64,000 nt of DNA from a virus. Shown piece after piece: positions 61,133 through 64,000 of this stretch. Position 1 is the first letter of the stretch, and each line of letters opens with the position of its first letter. Location: positions 13,120 through 77,119 of the IMG/VR virus record IMGVR_UViG_3300024051_000003; one strand, 5' to 3'. The notes beneath the pieces are model-generated. The model had not been told where the DNA came from. It did not search any database and was given only the letters and a program-made list of their open reading frames with translations. The position numbers were made by a program, and so were the translations under genes.

Positions 61133-61168
61133 GTGTTCGATGCTGTGCGGCGAGGAAAGGAGCCGCTA

Positions 61169-61588
61169 ATGGCTACGGTTACGTTAGGTCGAGGTGTTCT
61201 TCTTTCGGCCAACTTGAACATCACCCAGGGGCAGACGAACGGGTTTTCGTTGCGCTGGCTCCCGGAGGGCGAGGGTAGTGCTGGTCAGGATTTGACGGGG
61301 TGGCATGCTCGTTGTCAGGCGCGTCGTCGCCCGGGTGCTGCAGGCGAGGCGTGGTTCACGGTGACGGATGATCCTGACGGTGAGGATGGGTCTATTTTTT
61401 TGGGCTCGGACGGTGAGATTAACTTGACGTTAAAGCCTGAGGCGTCTTCTCGGTGGGGCACTGCGAACAAGGTTGGAACGTGGGATCTGGAACTCATTGA
61501 CCCTTCAGGGACTGTGATTACGTTCGCTCGTGGTGCGGTGACGGTTGATTTGGAGACGACCACGTTTGGGGATGATCTTGATGGCTGA
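61169..61588 (+). CDS. virion structural beta-sandwich protein (BppU-like)
   Basis: 'DLTGWHARCQAR', 'GEINLTL', 'GTWDLEL', 'ARGAVTV'. Confidence 0.6.
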   Translation: MATVTLGRGVLLSANLNITQGQTNGFSLRWLPEGEGSAGQDLTGWHARCQARRRPGAAGEAWFTVTDDPDGEDGSIFLGSDGEINLTLKPEASSRWGTANKVGTWDLELIDPSGTVITFARGAVTVDLETTTFGDDLDG

Positions 61589-62966
61589 TGCGGTTGTTGA
61601 GATTGACGGTCTGGATTACCCGACGGTTGTTGTCACCGTTGGGGCTGAGCCTGTTGTGCAAGAGGTTGCTACGGGGCCTCGCGGTGAGCGTGGCCCTCAG
61701 GGCCCCTCTCCTTACGAGCTGGCTGCACAGGGCGGCTTCGAGGGCTCTGAGGAGGAGTGGCTGGAGTCTCTTGTTGGCCCTCAGGGTGAGCAGGGTACCC
61801 AGGGCGTTCCGGGCCGTGATGGTGTTGACGGCATTGACGGGCAGGATGGCCAGAATGGCTTGTCTGCTTACGAGGTTGCCGTTGAGGCGGGCTTTGAGGG
61901 TTCTGAGGATGACTGGCTGGAGTCCTTGGTTGGTGAGCAGGGGGCTCAGGGCGAGCAGGGCCCGCGTGGCCTGCAGGGTGACCAGGGCGTCCCTGGCATT
62001 CCTGGAACTGATGGCAAGGATGGCGTGGATGGGCAGGATGGCGCCCCGGGCGCTAATGGCCTGTCTGCTTACGAGGTGGCTCTCTTAGAGGGTTTTGTTG
62101 GTGATGAGGCTGCTTGGCTGGCGTCGTTGAAGGGCGCGGACGGGGAGCCGGGACGCGATGGCGCAGACGGAGCGCCGGGGGCTGATGGGGCACCCGGTCA
62201 AGACGGCGCGGACGGCCTAGATGGTATTGGTGTCCCGGCTGGCGGAATGACAGGTCAAGTCCTCGCTAAAAACTCTGCTGCCGACTTCGACACGCACTGG
62301 ATCAACGCGGCAGGTGGTGGGGGAGCATCTGACGCGGATGTTGCCGGTTTCGTGTTGGATGAGGATTCTGATACGCGTGCAGCGTTAGATGGCTTGTATT
62401 CGGGTGGATCAGGCAATCTACCTGCGGTTACTGATGAGGGTGATGTCCTCACTGTTGTGGATGGTGAGTGGCGGGGTGCTCCTCCGCAGGGCGGTTCAGG
62501 TGGGGGAATGACAACTATCCAGTTGCGGGTTGACCCGGAAGATTTCACGGATGGTGTAGCAGTCATTGATGCTCCTGGTATCGGCTTATCATGTCAGGTC
62601 ACGCCTGCGTCGCTGGATGATGCTGCACGTTGGGCTGCTGCTGGCTGGTGGGTTACGTCTGACGGTGATTCGTTGACGATCACGGGTGATGCGCCTGATT
62701 TGCCGGTATTTGTTGACGTGAATTATTGGGCTGACCAGCCGTCGCAAACTGAGGTTGTGGTTGATTTGACGGCTTCTGTTGATGGTTTCGTGAGTGTCCC
62801 GGGAATGGGTGCACGGTCAACGATTGTTTCCCCGAAGTCTCTTGTTGATGCTGCTGTGTGGTCTGCTGCTGGAGCGTTTTTTACGTGGTATGGACCGGGT
62901 GTTTTGCGGGTGAACGGTAAGGTTTTCGCTTCGAGTGTTTTCACGGTGATTGTGAGTGTGTTCTGA
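61581..62966 (+). CDS. collagen-like tail fibre protein
   Basis: Gly-X-Y runs alternating with 'SAYE.A...GF.G.E..WL.SL.G' repeats. Confidence 0.8.
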   Translation: MADAVVEIDGLDYPTVVVTVGAEPVVQEVATGPRGERGPQGPSPYELAAQGGFEGSEEEWLESLVGPQGEQGTQGVPGRDGVDGIDGQDGQNGLSAYEVAVEAGFEGSEDDWLESLVGEQGAQGEQGPRGLQGDQGVPGIPGTDGKDGVDGQDGAPGANGLSAYEVALLEGFVGDEAAWLASLKGADGEPGRDGADGAPGADGAPGQDGADGLDGIGVPAGGMTGQVLAKNSAADFDTHWINAAGGGGASDADVAGFVLDEDSDTRAALDGLYSGGSGNLPAVTDEGDVLTVVDGEWRGAPPQGGSGGGMTTIQLRVDPEDFTDGVAVIDAPGIGLSCQVTPASLDDAARWAAAGWWVTSDGDSLTITGDAPDLPVFVDVNYWADQPSQTEVVVDLTASVDGFVSVPGMGARSTIVSPKSLVDAAVWSAAGAFFTWYGPGVLRVNGKVFASSVFTVIVSVF

Positions 62967-63607
62967 TGGCTGTTATTAATCCGGTTGTTACGGTTCCTGG
63001 GTCGTTGTTTACTTTTGGGTTTAATGATACTCAGGTGAGGACGACGACGGCTCGGTCGGGGTATCCTGTGTTGATTTTGCCGCAGGGTATTACTCAGGTT
63101 GCTGATTATGAGTTTTGCCCTTACTACAGCAGCTCCAATAGGTATGGGTTTTATCCGTATTGTCGTGGTGTGGTGATCCCTGATTCGGTAACGAGTATAG
63201 GCAACAACGCGTTTTATGGTTGGTCGTCTGCTACCTCGCTGGTGATCCCTGATTCGGTAACGAGTATAGGCAACTACGCGTTTTATGGTTGGTCGTCTGC
63301 TACCTCGCTGGTGATCCCTGATTCGGTAACGAGTATAGGCAACAACGCGTTTTATGGTTGGTCGTCTGCTACCTCGCTGGTGATCCCTGATTCGGTAACG
63401 AGTATAGGCAACTACGCGTTCCAGAACTGGTCGTCGTGCAATGACATTTACTCACACCGGACCACACCAGCAACTGCTGGCACAAGCGCATTCGCTGGCC
63501 TAAAAACAGGATGCAGAATCCACGTCCCAGCAGGATCAGCAGCCGCATACCGAGCCGCAACAAACTGGCCCAAAGAACCCGCAGTCACCTACATTGAGGA
63601 CCTCTAA
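62966..63607 (+). CDS. BspA/TpLRR-type leucine-rich-repeat protein
   Basis: 'VIPDSVTSIGNNAFYGWSSATSL' x3.6, then an 'IHVPAGSAAAYRAATNW' cap. Confidence 0.85.
   Translation: MAVINPVVTVPGSLFTFGFNDTQVRTTTARSGYPVLILPQGITQVADYEFCPYYSSSNRYGFYPYCRGVVIPDSVTSIGNNAFYGWSSATSLVIPDSVTSIGNYAFYGWSSATSLVIPDSVTSIGNNAFYGWSSATSLVIPDSVTSIGNYAFQNWSSCNDIYSHRTTPATAGTSAFAGLKTGCRIHVPAGSAAAYRAATNWPKEPAVTYIEDL
63173..63421 (+). repeat. near-perfect 69-bp tandem repeat (3.6 copies)
   Basis: gtgatccctgattcggtaacgagtataggcaac(a/t)acgcgttttatggttggtcgtctgctacctcgctg; copies alternate AAC/TAC. Confidence 0.95.
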
Positions 63608-63608
63608 A

Positions 63609-63929
63609 ATGTTGTTCGATGAAGCCCTACCACTCATCCGAGACGAAATAGGCGGCACACCAGATGACCAAACCCTCGAAGAACACTACGAGACTTTAGG
63701 TCACTGGATCCTCGTCAGCATCCGCGTCCTCAAACGCAGGTACGCTGACGCAGCCGGTGGCGGGCAAGAAACCACATCATTCAGCCTTGACGGTGTACTC
63801 TCCGTTGGCCTATCAAAAGCGAACCTAGACCAACTATCAAAACAGATAGACCGACTAGAACGCAGGTACCGCGCCGAAACTGCCGTGAACGGTTTCACGC
63901 AGTCTAGGATTATCCGGACTGACCGGTGA
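63609..63929 (+). CDS. putative head-tail connector-like protein
   Basis: 'LIRDEIG..PDD..L...', 'SFSLDGVLSV' resemble head-to-tail adaptors. Confidence 0.45.
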   Translation: MLFDEALPLIRDEIGGTPDDQTLEEHYETLGHWILVSIRVLKRRYADAAGGGQETTSFSLDGVLSVGLSKANLDQLSKQIDRLERRYRAETAVNGFTQSRIIRTDR

Positions 63930-64000
63930 CTTTACCAGATGAGGTGGAGGCACTCTCTACCGCGCTCACTAACGACTTGAAGAAAGTGTGGGAGGCCATC

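Noticed and set aside
61581-62300. Novel repeat system in the Gly-X-Y region
   Set aside because: Ordinary collagen-like fibre repeats common in actinophages
63173-63421. Diversity-generating retroelement TR/VR pair (A-to-T difference in an AAC codon)
   Set aside because: Copies are tandem within one ORF, differ at a single alternating site, and no reverse transcriptase is present in the window
1-64000. Integrase or lysogeny module, DNA polymerase, capsid, terminase
   Set aside because: No tyrosine or serine recombinase, PolA/PolB, HK97 or terminase motifs recognised; they may lie outside the window, so lifestyle is not called
1-64000. Genome-wide TAG recoding
   Set aside because: Many well-supported genes terminate at TAG with coupled downstream starts; only one suspicious in-frame TAG was seen

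Overview
A 64-kb segment of a siphovirus-like actinobacteriophage. The host phylum is inferred from RbpA, Ku, an LPXTG protein and a WhiG-like sigma factor. No capsid, portal, terminase, integrase or DNA polymerase is recognisable in the window. Layout: (i) 0.3-15.5 kb, tail operon (major tail protein, chaperone with a GGGAAAA -1 frameshift, 1758-aa tape measure, minor tail and receptor-binding proteins); (ii) 15.6-28.4 kb, rightward replication, recombination and nucleotide genes (PD-(D/E)XK nuclease, AAA ATPase, SSB, primase-helicase with a class-3 mini-intein, RuvC, dUTPase, dNMP kinase, C5 methyltransferase, HNH); (iii) 28.4-48.8 kb, leftward accessory arm with diverged copies of host proteins (Ku, ATP-dependent ligase, MoxR/RavA ATPase plus vWA partner, RuvB, RbpA, sortase-type LPXTG protein) and many small ORFans; (iv) 46.7-49 kb, repeat-rich region with a sharp strand-composition inversion (candidate origin or genome end); (v) 49.9-58.8 kb, mixed genes (ParB-like, ThyX, dCMP deaminase, degenerate ThyA, sigma factor with an eroded region 4); (vi) 58.9-64 kb, lysis cassette, collagen-like protein, BspA-type LRR protein and a connector-like gene. 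The most novel signals are three intergenic mini-tRNA-like elements of 47-62 nt (acceptor stem, T-arm and GG, with no canonical anticodon arm) punctuating the leftward arm, a phage RbpA together with a sigma factor lacking the region-4 HTH, and a Ku/ligase/RuvB/MoxR-vWA host-mimic gene cluster. All calls come from motif recognition by eye; no database searches were run.
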